From Nitrospirota bacterium (GTDB lineage Bacteria; Nitrospirota; Nitrospiria; SBBL01; JAADHI01): a stretch of 64,000 nt of DNA. Below the pieces are notes generated by a model. The model searched no databases and was not told the origin of the DNA. It saw only the letters and a list, made by a program, of their open reading frames with translations. The position numbers and the translations under genes were made by a program. The stretch lies in NCBI GenBank assembly GCA_029261135.1, contig JAJDBX010000013.1, forward strand, positions 431 through 64,430, in the 5' to 3' direction. Shown piece by piece: positions 7,989-18,034 of the stretch. Every line of letters starts with the position of its first letter. Position 1 is the first letter of the stretch.

Positions 7989-10900
7989 ATGATGGTAACA
8001 CAATGCCCGAAATGCCAAGTGACACAAAGAATTGAGTTCAATCAATTTGACGAAGATTCCGTAATTTTCTGTGGTGATTGTCAGAGCCCATTAAGGATAA
8101 AAGTCGTATTAGAGATTGCTGGAAACGCTGGCGAACAATATACAAACAGCCTTGACCAAGCGCTTCCTTCAAGTGAAAAAAGAGAGAATCAAAAGTCAGT
8201 CATCGTTTGCATTGATGGAGAGGCAACACGGGCTGTGGTCAAAGAAATACTAGAACAAGCCGATTTTCATGTGCTTGATATCCCTTCAGGCATATCAACG
8301 TTCATGTCCATGAAACTGGAGGCCCCTGAGGTGGCACTCATTGATGCGGGTTTCACCGATATGTCGGGTACAGAATTAAGTGCTCAGATTAAGGGAAATT
8401 CAGATCTTAAAAATACCGCCACGCTTTTAGTCAGTTCAATGTTTGAAAAAAATACAAAGTATCGACAACAACCTCCTAATTTATACGGTGCAGATGATTA
8501 TATTGACCGTATTCAAATTCAGACCCAACTATTGTCGAAAATAGAAACCCTCCTAAAAAACAAAGCGAACGGACAGCAAAAATCATTGGACGCATTAGAA
8601 TCCGTACTTGAAACACCTTCTGCAGAAGAACTCCTTACCGGAGGAGGCGAAAGCCCAAGTGCAAACGAAATTTCAGAGGAAAGAGTAGAAGTCGACGAAC
8701 AATCATTCCAGGGTGCTGAAGCACCTGAAACGCCACCGTCCGTTCAAGCAAGTTCAGGGGAAGCATCTTCTGAAATACCAGCAGAAGCGCCGATGGAAGA
8801 AGATTCCGAAGCGCTCAAAGAGGCGAGGCGTCTTGCAAAGCTGATCGTTTCCGATATTGCTTTGTATAATGAAGAGAAAGTGGTGGAAGGTCTTCAAAAA
8901 GGGATTTTTTATCAAATTCTTGAAAATGATATTAAAGAAGGAGAACGTCTTTATGAATCGAGGGTGGATGAATCACTTTATGATTTAGGGATCTTCGAAC
9001 AAGAAATAAAATCGTTTATTGAGAAAAGAAAAGAAAGCCAAGATCAGCGACCTGAAATCATGAACGATTTTCCTGAAGCCGTACAAAAATTAGATGTGAA
9101 AACCGATAAAATTTCTCAAACCCCTGAAGCGGATACCAGTGAAGCAGAACCAGAGACTGAGACAGAAATCTCGGCGGGGCAAGGACCCATTTTTGATAAA
9201 AGTGACGAGGCACTCAAGAAAGCGACTCAAATTTCCCGGGATATTATAAGTGATATTATCAAGAGCAATGAAGATAATCTGCCGAAAGTCATTGAGATAG
9301 ACGATCTTTATGAAATTCTTGGCGATGAAATTATGACGGGTCGACAACTTTTTGAACAAAAAGTGCCCGCATATTTTGATTCGAGCCTTTATGAGGAAGA
9401 AATTGACCGTATCCTTGAAGAGAGAAATGGGGGAGAAGGCCCACTTGTTGATGAGATCCTGTCAAATCCAGAGACGAAATCACCTGAAGGTCAAAACTCC
9501 CGGACCTCACATGAAGGTTTAGAGATTCCTGAACCTGAGGATTCAGTGGATGTCATCAAACAAATAGAACAAGAGGCCGTGAATGTTGTAGAAGGCTCAC
9601 CTCCCCCAATGCCGGAGAGTGCTTGGGAAGATTCCGTTATCCCAGAGACCCAAAATACCGATGATGTCTTCAAACAAATGGAACAAGAGGCCACAGGTGT
9701 TCCAGAAGGCTCACCTCCCCCAATGCCGGAGAGTGCTTGGGAGGATTCCGTTATCCCAGAAACCCAAAATACCGATGATGTCTTCAAACAAATGGAACAA
9801 GAGGCCGGAGGCGTGTCTGAAGAGGCTGTTTCTCAAACCCAGGAAAATATTTGGGAGGATTCTATTCCCCCCGAAGTCAAAAATACAAGAGATGATTTTA
9901 GAGAAATGGATCAAGAAATCGATCCTGCAGTCACTGGTGACATTCCTCAAACGACAGATAGTGCATGGGACGATTCATTCGCGGGTCCAATCCCTGAAGA
10001 TCCAAACGATCTATTTAATCAATTGGAACAAGAGGTCTCGGCCGTGGCCGAAGTAGATACACCTGCACTGGAGAAAGCTGACCTTTCTCCAGAAAATGGA
10101 GAAATCGATGATCTTCTTGGCAATCAGAAAAGTCTCTCGAACCAACCCGAGCAAGACGCTTCCATACCACAACTTGAAAAAGATAAGGCCCTCCCTGAAA
10201 TGGGGAGCACAGATGATATTTTTGGAAAAATGGAAAGTCCAAAGGAAGCTTTCGAGCAAGATAGGGGTACGCCGCAACTTCAAGAAGATAAAGCTCACAC
10301 CGCTGCTTCACCTCAATCTGAAGTAACGTCTACATTCGCGACATCCGAAATAGAAGACTCAAATGAAATTAAAGAAGCCAAGCGGATTGCAAAAATTATT
10401 CTCTCTGATATTGTGATTTACAATGAAAAGAAAGTGGAAGAAGGCATAAAGAATAATACCTTTCATCTTGTCCTTCAAGAGGAAATAAAAGAAGGACGTA
10501 TCCATTTTGAATCAAGAGTCTCTAAAAATATCTTTAAATCAGGACTTTTTGAAAATGTGATCGACGACTTTATCCTAGACAGAAACACCACAGCAGATCA
10601 GTCTGCACCCAGTCCGGATAACACACCTGATGTAGTGGAAGAACAATCCGAATTTTTTCCAGCCGAACCGACAGCAGCAGTACCATCACCAGAAGAGGAT
10701 ATTTTCGGGATTGAATCCAACCCGGAGATTGAAACTCGCAATGCAGCCACGGAAGCCCCAAGCGCTCCTATGCCCTCAGGAAATGGAAATGCATTGGTCG
10801 CCGAAACAAAGGTAGAGAAAGAGGCACTGCGACTTGCAAAGATCATCGTTTCAGACATTGTGATCTATAACGAAGATAAAGTCGAAAAAGGCATTCAATT

Positions 10901-11051
10901 CGGCAATTTTTATGAAATCCTTGAAGAGGAGATCAAAGAAGGAGAAGCCCTTTACGAATCACGTGTCTCTAAAGAAATATTAGAAGAAAAAAACTATTTA
11001 AAAGAGGCCATTGAAGATTTTATTAGCAAAAAATCCACGGCCTCTTCTTAA
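7989..11051 (+). CDS. Zn-ribbon + atypical receiver (REC) domain + acidic disordered linkers + four RomX-like helical domains
   Basis: CPKC/CGDC; REC (VALIDAG, LYGADDYIDR); four copies of A.R.AK.I.SDI..YNE.KV..G.....F...L..EIKEG...YESRV (second copy degenerate); RBS AAGGAG. Confidence 0.8.
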   Translation: MMVTQCPKCQVTQRIEFNQFDEDSVIFCGDCQSPLRIKVVLEIAGNAGEQYTNSLDQALPSSEKRENQKSVIVCIDGEATRAVVKEILEQADFHVLDIPSGISTFMSMKLEAPEVALIDAGFTDMSGTELSAQIKGNSDLKNTATLLVSSMFEKNTKYRQQPPNLYGADDYIDRIQIQTQLLSKIETLLKNKANGQQKSLDALESVLETPSAEELLTGGGESPSANEISEERVEVDEQSFQGAEAPETPPSVQASSGEASSEIPAEAPMEEDSEALKEARRLAKLIVSDIALYNEEKVVEGLQKGIFYQILENDIKEGERLYESRVDESLYDLGIFEQEIKSFIEKRKESQDQRPEIMNDFPEAVQKLDVKTDKISQTPEADTSEAEPETETEISAGQGPIFDKSDEALKKATQISRDIISDIIKSNEDNLPKVIEIDDLYEILGDEIMTGRQLFEQKVPAYFDSSLYEEEIDRILEERNGGEGPLVDEILSNPETKSPEGQNSRTSHEGLEIPEPEDSVDVIKQIEQEAVNVVEGSPPPMPESAWEDSVIPETQNTDDVFKQMEQEATGVPEGSPPPMPESAWEDSVIPETQNTDDVFKQMEQEAGGVSEEAVSQTQENIWEDSIPPEVKNTRDDFREMDQEIDPAVTGDIPQTTDSAWDDSFAGPIPEDPNDLFNQLEQEVSAVAEVDTPALEKADLSPENGEIDDLLGNQKSLSNQPEQDASIPQLEKDKALPEMGSTDDIFGKMESPKEAFEQDRGTPQLQEDKAHTAASPQSEVTSTFATSEIEDSNEIKEAKRIAKIILSDIVIYNEKKVEEGIKNNTFHLVLQEEIKEGRIHFESRVSKNIFKSGLFENVIDDFILDRNTTADQSAPSPDNTPDVVEEQSEFFPAEPTAAVPSPEEDIFGIESNPEIETRNAATEAPSAPMPSGNGNALVAETKVEKEALRLAKIIVSDIVIYNEDKVEKGIQFGNFYEILEEEIKEGEALYESRVSKEILEEKNYLKEAIEDFISKKSTASS
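9567..10035 (+). repeat. In-frame 114-bp (38-aa) tandem repeat inside the 1020-aa protein
   Basis: Unit starts at 9567, 9681, 9795, 9909, ~10026; first two units nearly identical (GSPPPMPESAWEDSVIPETQNTDDVFKQMEQEA), later ones degenerate. Confidence 0.9.
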
Positions 11052-11246
11052 GCACCATTTTCCCTTAAGTCAGTCCACATTTTTGCATCTTTAGAGAAAA
11101 AACTACCCTCCGACGACTCAATCAGTCCGAACTTACTTTTAATTGGGCTATTTCCCCTCAAGAGTAGCTCCCTTGCTTTCTCTTTAAACTTCATGTACCA
11201 TCGCCACGTTTTTTATTTTTTATTGTAGGTCTGATGGGAGTGATCG

Positions 11247-11624
11247 ATGAAAAAAATAACCGCAGGACTATTACTCATGACGACCTTATTCTTCTTTCTT
11301 CCAAGAGACGTAAATGCCGCTGAAAGAAATGATGGCATGCGCGAAGTCTTAAGAAGTAGTGTTTACGGTGGATTAACTGGAGCCCTGATAGGAACAGCAT
11401 TTCTTGCATTTCGAGAAAAGCCCAGCGACCACTTGAAAGATATTCGAGTCGGTGCCGGAATCGGGATTATTATCGGGACGCTTTACGGTCTAGCAAAAAC
11501 AACCTCCCTTGTTGAAATCAAAAAAGGGACAGTCACCGTGCAGATGCCAAGCCTTCGAATCAATGTAGACCAAGATACAGACAGCCTTCGCGGATCAATC
11601 GATCTGCTCAAAATCCCTTTCTAG
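11247..11624 (+). CDS. Exported/membrane hypothetical protein with glycine-rich helices
   Basis: Signal peptide; YGGLTGALIGTAFLAF and GAGIGIIIGTLYG; upstream TTGCTT-N17-TACCAT. Confidence 0.7.
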   Translation: MKKITAGLLLMTTLFFFLPRDVNAAERNDGMREVLRSSVYGGLTGALIGTAFLAFREKPSDHLKDIRVGAGIGIIIGTLYGLAKTTSLVEIKKGTVTVQMPSLRINVDQDTDSLRGSIDLLKIPF

Positions 11625-12907
11625 GGGCGCTCCAGTATGGTCGCTGTGATATAGGTACCTGTACCTGCATGACTGTGAATGAGTCCTCGCTTTGCCTCTT
11701 TGACCTGTAAGCGGTCGCTTTTTAGGTGTTCTTTGATCGTCCCCTGAAGCTGCCAAAAGGCAAAAACCGCCTGCATAAGACCTGTCGCCCCCACAGGATG
11801 ACCACAGGCAAGTAATCCCCCACTAGGGTTCACAATCATGCTACCCTGCGAAGGAAGATCAAGGCCGTAGTCAAAATCAGGAAGAAAAGGGTGCCCTTCC
11901 TCAACAAATTTTCCACCGTCACCATACTTGCACAAGCCCAAGTCTTCGTAGGTTTGAATTTCGGAAGAGGTATAGGCATCGTGCAATTCGATAAAGTCAA
12001 GATCTTCTATCGGGTGGGTCACACCTGCCATTTCGTAGGCCAGTTTGGCGGCCATCCTTCCCCCGCGAAAGGAATGCACCCCTGGGTATTTTAAGTCTTT
12101 ATAATCAGATTCATTCTCATGTGGCAGGAGTAGGACCTCTCCATGAGGGCGATCCGACATACGCATGGCGTCAGTGCCCGTTCCAACCCCGGTGATTTTA
12201 ATCGGGTTTGAACACAGTTTCTCTGCCATTTCTTCAGTCGCCAAAAAGGCCACCGCAGCCCCGTCGGACATCGTGCAGATATCCAACATTGTCAAAGGGC
12301 TTGCCACCATGACGGCATTTCTCACATCGGAAATACTGAGTTTTTGAGGACTTTGTGCATAGGGGTTATATTCCGCATTGCCATGGTTTTTAATCGACAC
12401 CATCGCCATCTGATCTGTCGTCGTGCCAAATTCGTACATATGACGTTGCACCATCATGGCATAATAGCCACTGTAGAACCCGCCCACAGGATAGTCAAAA
12501 TTGGTGTCTGAGGCGAGGGCGATAAACTCATTTCCCTTCCAGGTATTCACGTGCGACATCGTTTCAAAACCAAAGGCAAGGCAAAGATCCATTCTACCCG
12601 AAGCCACCGATTCCCAAGCGGACTGAAAACAAAGCCCGCCTGTCGCACCGCCCCCCTCCACCCGCCGTGAAGGTTTTGGACAGAGACCAAGATAATCTTG
12701 CACCATGATGCCCGCCATCAACTGGCGTGTAAAATGGTCGGAAAAATAGGATGCAACACTGCCGTCAATCATCTCCAAAGTCAGCTTGGGCAGTTCTGCA
12801 CGTGCCGCCTCAAAGGCCACTTTCACCATAAGACGAAAATCCATTTCGGGATTGGCTTTTTTAAAATTCGTAATTCCTCCCCCAATCATATAAACAGGGC
12901 GCATCAT
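11621..12907 (-). CDS. SCP-x-type thiolase-fold protein lacking the canonical active-site cysteine
   Basis: KNHGNAEYNPYAQ, DICTMSDGAA, IELHDAY, VNPSGGLLACGHPVGATG; RVEGGGATGG where Cys is expected; start 12907 behind GGAGG. Confidence 0.85.
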   Translation of the reverse strand: MMRPVYMIGGGITNFKKANPEMDFRLMVKVAFEAARAELPKLTLEMIDGSVASYFSDHFTRQLMAGIMVQDYLGLCPKPSRRVEGGGATGGLCFQSAWESVASGRMDLCLAFGFETMSHVNTWKGNEFIALASDTNFDYPVGGFYSGYYAMMVQRHMYEFGTTTDQMAMVSIKNHGNAEYNPYAQSPQKLSISDVRNAVMVASPLTMLDICTMSDGAAVAFLATEEMAEKLCSNPIKITGVGTGTDAMRMSDRPHGEVLLLPHENESDYKDLKYPGVHSFRGGRMAAKLAYEMAGVTHPIEDLDFIELHDAYTSSEIQTYEDLGLCKYGDGGKFVEEGHPFLPDFDYGLDLPSQGSMIVNPSGGLLACGHPVGATGLMQAVFAFWQLQGTIKEHLKSDRLQVKEAKRGLIHSHAGTGTYITATILERP

Positions 12908-12935
12908 CTCCTCCAGTTTTTGATTATTATGTGTT

Positions 12936-13361
12936 TCAAGTGTTTTCAATCATCTTCGTCACAAAAGATACAATTTCATCCATCGACGTGCCCGGTGTAA
13001 AAATATCTCTCACACCCATCTCTTTTAAAGCCGTAACATCTTCATCCGGTACGATACCGCCGCCAAAAAGAGGGATATCTTCAGCTTTTTCTTTTTTGAG
13101 TCCTTTAATGATTTCTTTAAAAAGTGTCATGTGTGCCGCAGAGTGAATGGAAAGCCCGATGGCATCCACATCTTCTTGGATCGCAGAGGCCACAATTTCA
13201 GCTGGCGTATTATGCAATCCCAGATAAATCACATCCATGCCTGCATCCCGCAAGGCTCTTGCCACAACCTTAATGCCGCGGTCATGGCCATCCAGACCAA
13301 TCTTTGCGAGCAAAACGCGATGATGCTGCGCGAAAGCGGTCTTATCTATCTGAAAAGCCAT
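12936..13361 (-). CDS. Cobalamin-binding subunit of methylmalonyl-/isobutyryl-CoA mutase family
   Basis: AKIGLDGHDRGIKVVARALRDAG, GLSIHSAAH, FGGGIVP, IFTPGT. Confidence 0.92.
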   Translation of the reverse strand: MAFQIDKTAFAQHHRVLLAKIGLDGHDRGIKVVARALRDAGMDVIYLGLHNTPAEIVASAIQEDVDAIGLSIHSAAHMTLFKEIIKGLKKEKAEDIPLFGGGIVPDEDVTALKEMGVRDIFTPGTSMDEIVSFVTKMIENT

Positions 13362-14199
13362 TGTCCGGCACCTCCTCCAATAAAAAGCGGTTTTCCACTT
13401 GTTTCAGATAACCCATGCGCACCTTTGGATCGTGTTGAAAAATCAAGAGCCAGTGCTCCTCAAACGCCTGCTCTAATAAAGTCCGTTTTGTTTCTAAGGT
13501 GGTTAAAGGGAAGAGATCATAGCCCATAATGTAGGGGAGTGGAATATGGCTTGCTGTCGGAATCAGATCACCCAAAAAAACCGCTTTTTGACCCTGTGAT
13601 TCAATCAATACCGCTTGGTGATGCGCCGTGTGCCCGGGAGTACGAATCACTGAGATACCTTTCAGAATTTCAGAATCCCCTTCGAGTAAGTTCAGGCAGG
13701 CTTGGTCTGTGAGCACCTCATAATTTTCAAGCAGGTAACTTGCCTTCGTCCGTTCATTCGGTGCTTTGGCCGCCTCCCATTCTCCCTTTTGAATAAAATA
13801 AGAAGCTTTTGAAAAGGTGGGATGAATTTGCCCATTGTCATCTAAACGGGTATTTCCCCCCGCGTGATCGAAGTGAAAATGTGTATTAATCACAAGATCA
13901 ATATCGTCAGCAGAAAGACCACACTTTAAAAGCGATTCTTCTATAGACGGCCTCCGTTCGACCCCATAAATCTTGTTGAATTTATCACTGCACTTATTCC
14001 CGATCCCGGTGTCTACTAAAATATTTTTGCCCTGCGCTTTAATTAAGAGTACGCCTAATTCAAGCTGAATGCGGTTCTGCGAATCGGCGGGATGGTGTTT
14101 TTCCCAAACCGTCTTGGGCACCACACCAAACATGGCGCCACCGTCGAGCCGAAGCATCCCGTCTGTGAGTGGATATATTTCAAAAGCGCCCAGTTTCAT
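13342..14199 (-). CDS. MBL-fold hydrolase, YtnP-like
   Basis: LDGGAMFGVVPK, THFHFDHAGG, TPGHTAHHQ, MGYDLFP, FQHD. Confidence 0.9.
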   Translation of the reverse strand: MKLGAFEIYPLTDGMLRLDGGAMFGVVPKTVWEKHHPADSQNRIQLELGVLLIKAQGKNILVDTGIGNKCSDKFNKIYGVERRPSIEESLLKCGLSADDIDLVINTHFHFDHAGGNTRLDDNGQIHPTFSKASYFIQKGEWEAAKAPNERTKASYLLENYEVLTDQACLNLLEGDSEILKGISVIRTPGHTAHHQAVLIESQGQKAVFLGDLIPTASHIPLPYIMGYDLFPLTTLETKRTLLEQAFEEHWLLIFQHDPKVRMGYLKQVENRFLLEEVPDNGFSDR

Positions 14200-14336
14200 A
14201 AAAGTAATTATATCCGCTTGTCCTGCATCGGTAAACCAAAGGCTTAAAAAAGGGATTAATTAGGGATAGGCTTGAATCAGTCAGCATTTCAATATACCAT
14301 CTGCTTTTTAGTCATATGTTTCAGGCGAGGATCTAA

Positions 14337-14612
14337 ATGACTCAAGATTACAGCGCGGCTTCTTATTGGAAAAAGAACCTGCAATACCTCTCCATCTTAC
14401 TGTCCGTCTGGTTCATTGTTTCTTATGGCTGTGGCATTCTCTTTGTGGATCAACTCAACAAAATTCGCATCGGGGGCTTTTATCTCGGTTTTTGGTTTGC
14501 ACAGCAGGGGGCGATTTATGTCTTTGTGATTTTAATTGGCATCTACGTACAATTGATGAAACGGCTTGATCGACAATACAACGTTCATGAACAAGAGGCC
14601 GATCCCTCATGA
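14337..14612 (+). CDS. Solute:sodium symporter small subunit (DUF4212)
   Basis: YWKKNL, LGFWFAQQG; overlaps the start of the symporter; upstream TTGAAT-N17-TACCAT. Confidence 0.9.
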   Translation: MTQDYSAASYWKKNLQYLSILLSVWFIVSYGCGILFVDQLNKIRIGGFYLGFWFAQQGAIYVFVILIGIYVQLMKRLDRQYNVHEQEADPS

Positions 14613-16309
14613 ATGTGCAAACCTGGACCTACATCATGGTCGGCCTTTCCTTCACGCTTTACATCGGTATTGCTATTTGGGCCAAAGCCAAGACCCGAAG
14701 AGATTTCTACGTTGCAGGGAAACATGTTCACCCCATACTCAACGGCATGGCCACCGCCGCCGATTGGATGAGTGCGGCTTCCTTCATTTCTATGGCCGGA
14801 TTGATTTCATTCATGGGGCGGGACGGCGCAGTGTACTTGATGGGATGGACCGGCGGATACGTCCTGCTGGCCCTTTTGCTCGCACCCTATCTGCGCAAAT
14901 TTGGTAAATTCACCGTGCCTGATTTTGTGGGTGACCGCTATTATTCTCAAGGGGCCCGCTTCGTCGCTATTGTTTGCGCCATCTTTGTTTCATTTACCTA
15001 CGTTGCCGGACAGATGCGGGGTGTGGGTATCGTCTTTTCTCGATTTTTAAATGTGGATATCACTGTGGGCGTGCTCATTGGCATGGGGATCGTCTTTTTT
15101 TACGCCGTGCTCGGCGGCATGAAAGGCATTACTTACACCCAGGTCGCACAATACTGTGTTTTGATTGTTGCTTACTTGGTACCCGCCATTTTTATTTCTT
15201 TGTTGATGACCGATACCCTCATCCCGCAAATCGGCTTCGGTGGCACCCTTGCAGACGGCTCCGGGGTCTACCTGCTCGACAAGCTCAATGGCCTCAGCGC
15301 GGAGCTGGGCTTTAATTCATACACAGATGGGCATAAAACAACGATTGATGTCTTTTTCATTACCGCCGCGCTCATGGTCGGCACTGCAGGTCTTCCACAT
15401 GTCATCGTCCGCTTTTATACCGTACCCAAAGTGGCTGCTGCCCGGAGTTCTGCCGGTTGGGCCTTGCTCTTTATCGCGCTTCTCTACACCACAGCCCCGG
15501 CGGTTGCAGCCTTCGCGAGAACAAACCTGCTTACCACCGTTTCAAACATGGCCTATGAGCAAGCCCCCGAATGGTTCAAAAATTGGGAAGAGACAGGCTT
15601 GATCAAATTTGACGATAAAAATAAAGATGGTGTGATTCAATACCGCGGCCCGAATTCGGATATTGAAAACGAACTGACCATCGACCGGGATATTATGGTC
15701 CTCGCCAATCCGGAAATTGCCAATCTCCCCAACTGGGTTATCGGCCTCGTTGCCGCTGGCGGATTGGCGGCAGCCCTCTCCACTGCCGCCGGATTGCTTT
15801 TGGTGATCTCCACTTCGATTGCGCACGATCTACTGAAAAAAGAGCTGATGCCCAATATCAGTCATGAAAAAGAACTGCTCGCGGCCAGAATCTCCGCAGG
15901 TTTCGCAGTTTGTATTGCGGGTTATTTCGGGCTCCATCCCCCCGGTTTTGTGGCAGAGGTGGTTGCCTTTGCTTTTGGGCTCGCGGCCTCCTCTTTTTTC
16001 CCCGCCATTATCATGGGTATTTTTTCAAAACGCATGAATAAATATGGCGCGATCAGCGGTATGATTATTGGCCTTATTTTTACAGCAGCTTACATCATCT
16101 ATTTTAAATTCATACATCCAGAATGGAACACCCCAAGCCATTGGTGGTTTGGGATTTCACCGGAAGGAATTGGAACCATGGGCATGTTGATCAATTTTTT
16201 CGTGGCCAATGTGGTGTCCTACCGCACGGCACCACCCCCGCTTGAAATCCAAGAACTCGTCGAACAGATTCGTATTCCGCGACAAGAACCAAAGAGTCAG
16301 GCGACATAA
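14609..16309 (+). CDS. actP: Cation/acetate symporter (SSS family)
   Basis: NGMATAADWMSAASF, APYLRKFGKFTVPDF, GTAGLPHVIVRFYT, AAGGLAAALSTAAGLL. Confidence 0.88.
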   Translation: MNVQTWTYIMVGLSFTLYIGIAIWAKAKTRRDFYVAGKHVHPILNGMATAADWMSAASFISMAGLISFMGRDGAVYLMGWTGGYVLLALLLAPYLRKFGKFTVPDFVGDRYYSQGARFVAIVCAIFVSFTYVAGQMRGVGIVFSRFLNVDITVGVLIGMGIVFFYAVLGGMKGITYTQVAQYCVLIVAYLVPAIFISLLMTDTLIPQIGFGGTLADGSGVYLLDKLNGLSAELGFNSYTDGHKTTIDVFFITAALMVGTAGLPHVIVRFYTVPKVAAARSSAGWALLFIALLYTTAPAVAAFARTNLLTTVSNMAYEQAPEWFKNWEETGLIKFDDKNKDGVIQYRGPNSDIENELTIDRDIMVLANPEIANLPNWVIGLVAAGGLAAALSTAAGLLLVISTSIAHDLLKKELMPNISHEKELLAARISAGFAVCIAGYFGLHPPGFVAEVVAFAFGLAASSFFPAIIMGIFSKRMNKYGAISGMIIGLIFTAAYIIYFKFIHPEWNTPSHWWFGISPEGIGTMGMLINFFVANVVSYRTAPPPLEIQELVEQIRIPRQEPKSQAT

Positions 16310-16468
16310 TTTCTTTGATCTTGGTGCCAATTATCCCCTGGAGATTATTGCCTCATCCACAGCAATTCTTTACTATGGACCCTTAATAAAAAAACACCGA
16401 TCATTTTTGGATGACTTCGCCTGCTCCGTGTCTCATTGGTTTTTAAATAAATGTAGAAAAGTTGGATT

Positions 16469-17665
16469 ATGCAATATGACGTGATTATCGTAGGAGCTGG
16501 CCCGGCAGGAAGTACGACAGGCCGGGAATGCGTCGTACGCGGCCTGTCTGTCCTCTTAATCGATAAGGCCATTTTCCCTCGAGATAAACCCTGTGGCGGG
16601 GCAGTGTCGCTACGAGCCGCGGTCTTATTGCCTTTTGATCTCACGCCGGTCATTGAGCGGACAACACATGCCATCCGTTTTAGTACCTCTTGGAAGTCAC
16701 GACTGACGCAATCAGCGAAAGACCCTTTGATCCATTTTACACAACGGCGTACTTTGGATCACTTTCTCCTCGAAGAGGCGAAAAAGAATGGGGTGACGGT
16801 GCGTGAAGGCACTCAAATTAAGGAGATCAATTTCCCTCAAAATCGTAAAAAAAACCCTGTGATTGTGCGAACAGATCGTGAAACATTTCGGGGAAAAACA
16901 GTGGTTGCGGCAGACGGGGCGGCGGGAATAACCGCCCGAATGGCGGGGATTCCCACACCGCGATGGCGAGGGCTTGCCTTAGAGGGAAATATACAACCGA
17001 AAGGGGGGGTCCCAAAACTTTGGAAAAATTGTTTCGGTCTGGATACCGGGGATATTCCTGGGGGATACAGCTGGATTTTTCCAAAGAGGGATCATCTGAA
17101 TATTGGCGTCGGCGGCCTCTCATTGGGAAAAAACAGCCTAAAAAACAAACTGGAAATTTTGATGCGTGCTCAAGGCTGGCACATAGCGGACATTGAGGGA
17201 CTAAAGAGTTTCTCCCTTCCCCTTCGAAAACCCGATGCGCCTCTTGTAAAAGGCAATACGCTCTTGGTTGGCGATGCTGCGGGCCTCGTTGACCCTTATA
17301 GTGGGGAAGGCATTCACAATGCGATTCGAAGTGGGCAAATGGCCGCGAAACACTTGTCGCATTATCTCTCCGGAGGCCGGTCGGATCTCAAGGGTTATCA
17401 GCAGGAAATGGCGCAAACGGTGTTGAGGGATATGGATGTCTCTTTACAGCTTTTTATGTTGATTCATTTGCTGCCATTGCGACTTGCAGAACGACTGCAT
17501 CATGATCAGGCGCGATGGCCTTTGATTTGCCGGATTCTTCGGGGAGAAGCACAATATCAAGACTTGAAACAGGGACCCGCTTTTCTTTGGACACTACTTG
17601 ATTATATGCTGCGTCCTGCGGCTTTCCCTTTTGTTTCTAAAATATTGAGACGTTTGAATCGATGA
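16469..17665 (+). CDS. Geranylgeranyl reductase family FAD oxidoreductase
   Basis: YDVIIVGAGPAGS, FPRDKPCGG, AADGA, GYSWIFPK, LVGDAAGLVDPYSGEGI. Confidence 0.9.
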   Translation: MQYDVIIVGAGPAGSTTGRECVVRGLSVLLIDKAIFPRDKPCGGAVSLRAAVLLPFDLTPVIERTTHAIRFSTSWKSRLTQSAKDPLIHFTQRRTLDHFLLEEAKKNGVTVREGTQIKEINFPQNRKKNPVIVRTDRETFRGKTVVAADGAAGITARMAGIPTPRWRGLALEGNIQPKGGVPKLWKNCFGLDTGDIPGGYSWIFPKRDHLNIGVGGLSLGKNSLKNKLEILMRAQGWHIADIEGLKSFSLPLRKPDAPLVKGNTLLVGDAAGLVDPYSGEGIHNAIRSGQMAAKHLSHYLSGGRSDLKGYQQEMAQTVLRDMDVSLQLFMLIHLLPLRLAERLHHDQARWPLICRILRGEAQYQDLKQGPAFLWTLLDYMLRPAAFPFVSKILRRLNR

Positions 17666-18034
17666 GAGTGTTTGTTTATTGAATGTTCCGGTCGGTAGAA
17701 GTCGTCGTGCAGCGGGACAAGTCGCCGATCATATTTCTCATTCGCATAAGCGCTAATCGAAAGGAAGAAAAGGAATGATATTAAAAAAAGTCGAAAGATC
17801 TAATCTAAAGTCTATACGAGATTAATAGGGCCATCCTAGAATATTGCCCTGAACATCACCAATGAACACAGGTGATGTTCAAATGCTAGAAATCCAGCGA
17901 ACAAGTCTTGGCGTAAAGAAGAAAATTTGATGGAAGTGTTTATCAAAGGTTTAAAAAAAAGGAGGGTGAACTGATACTTTTACTTCTGCCCGAAAAACGA
18001 ATGACCGGATCTCTATTTTTAAAGTGAGACCTCA

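Noticed and set aside
9567-10035. Repeats as a CRISPR array
   Set aside because: Contiguous in-frame 114-bp coding units, no unique spacers, no cas genes
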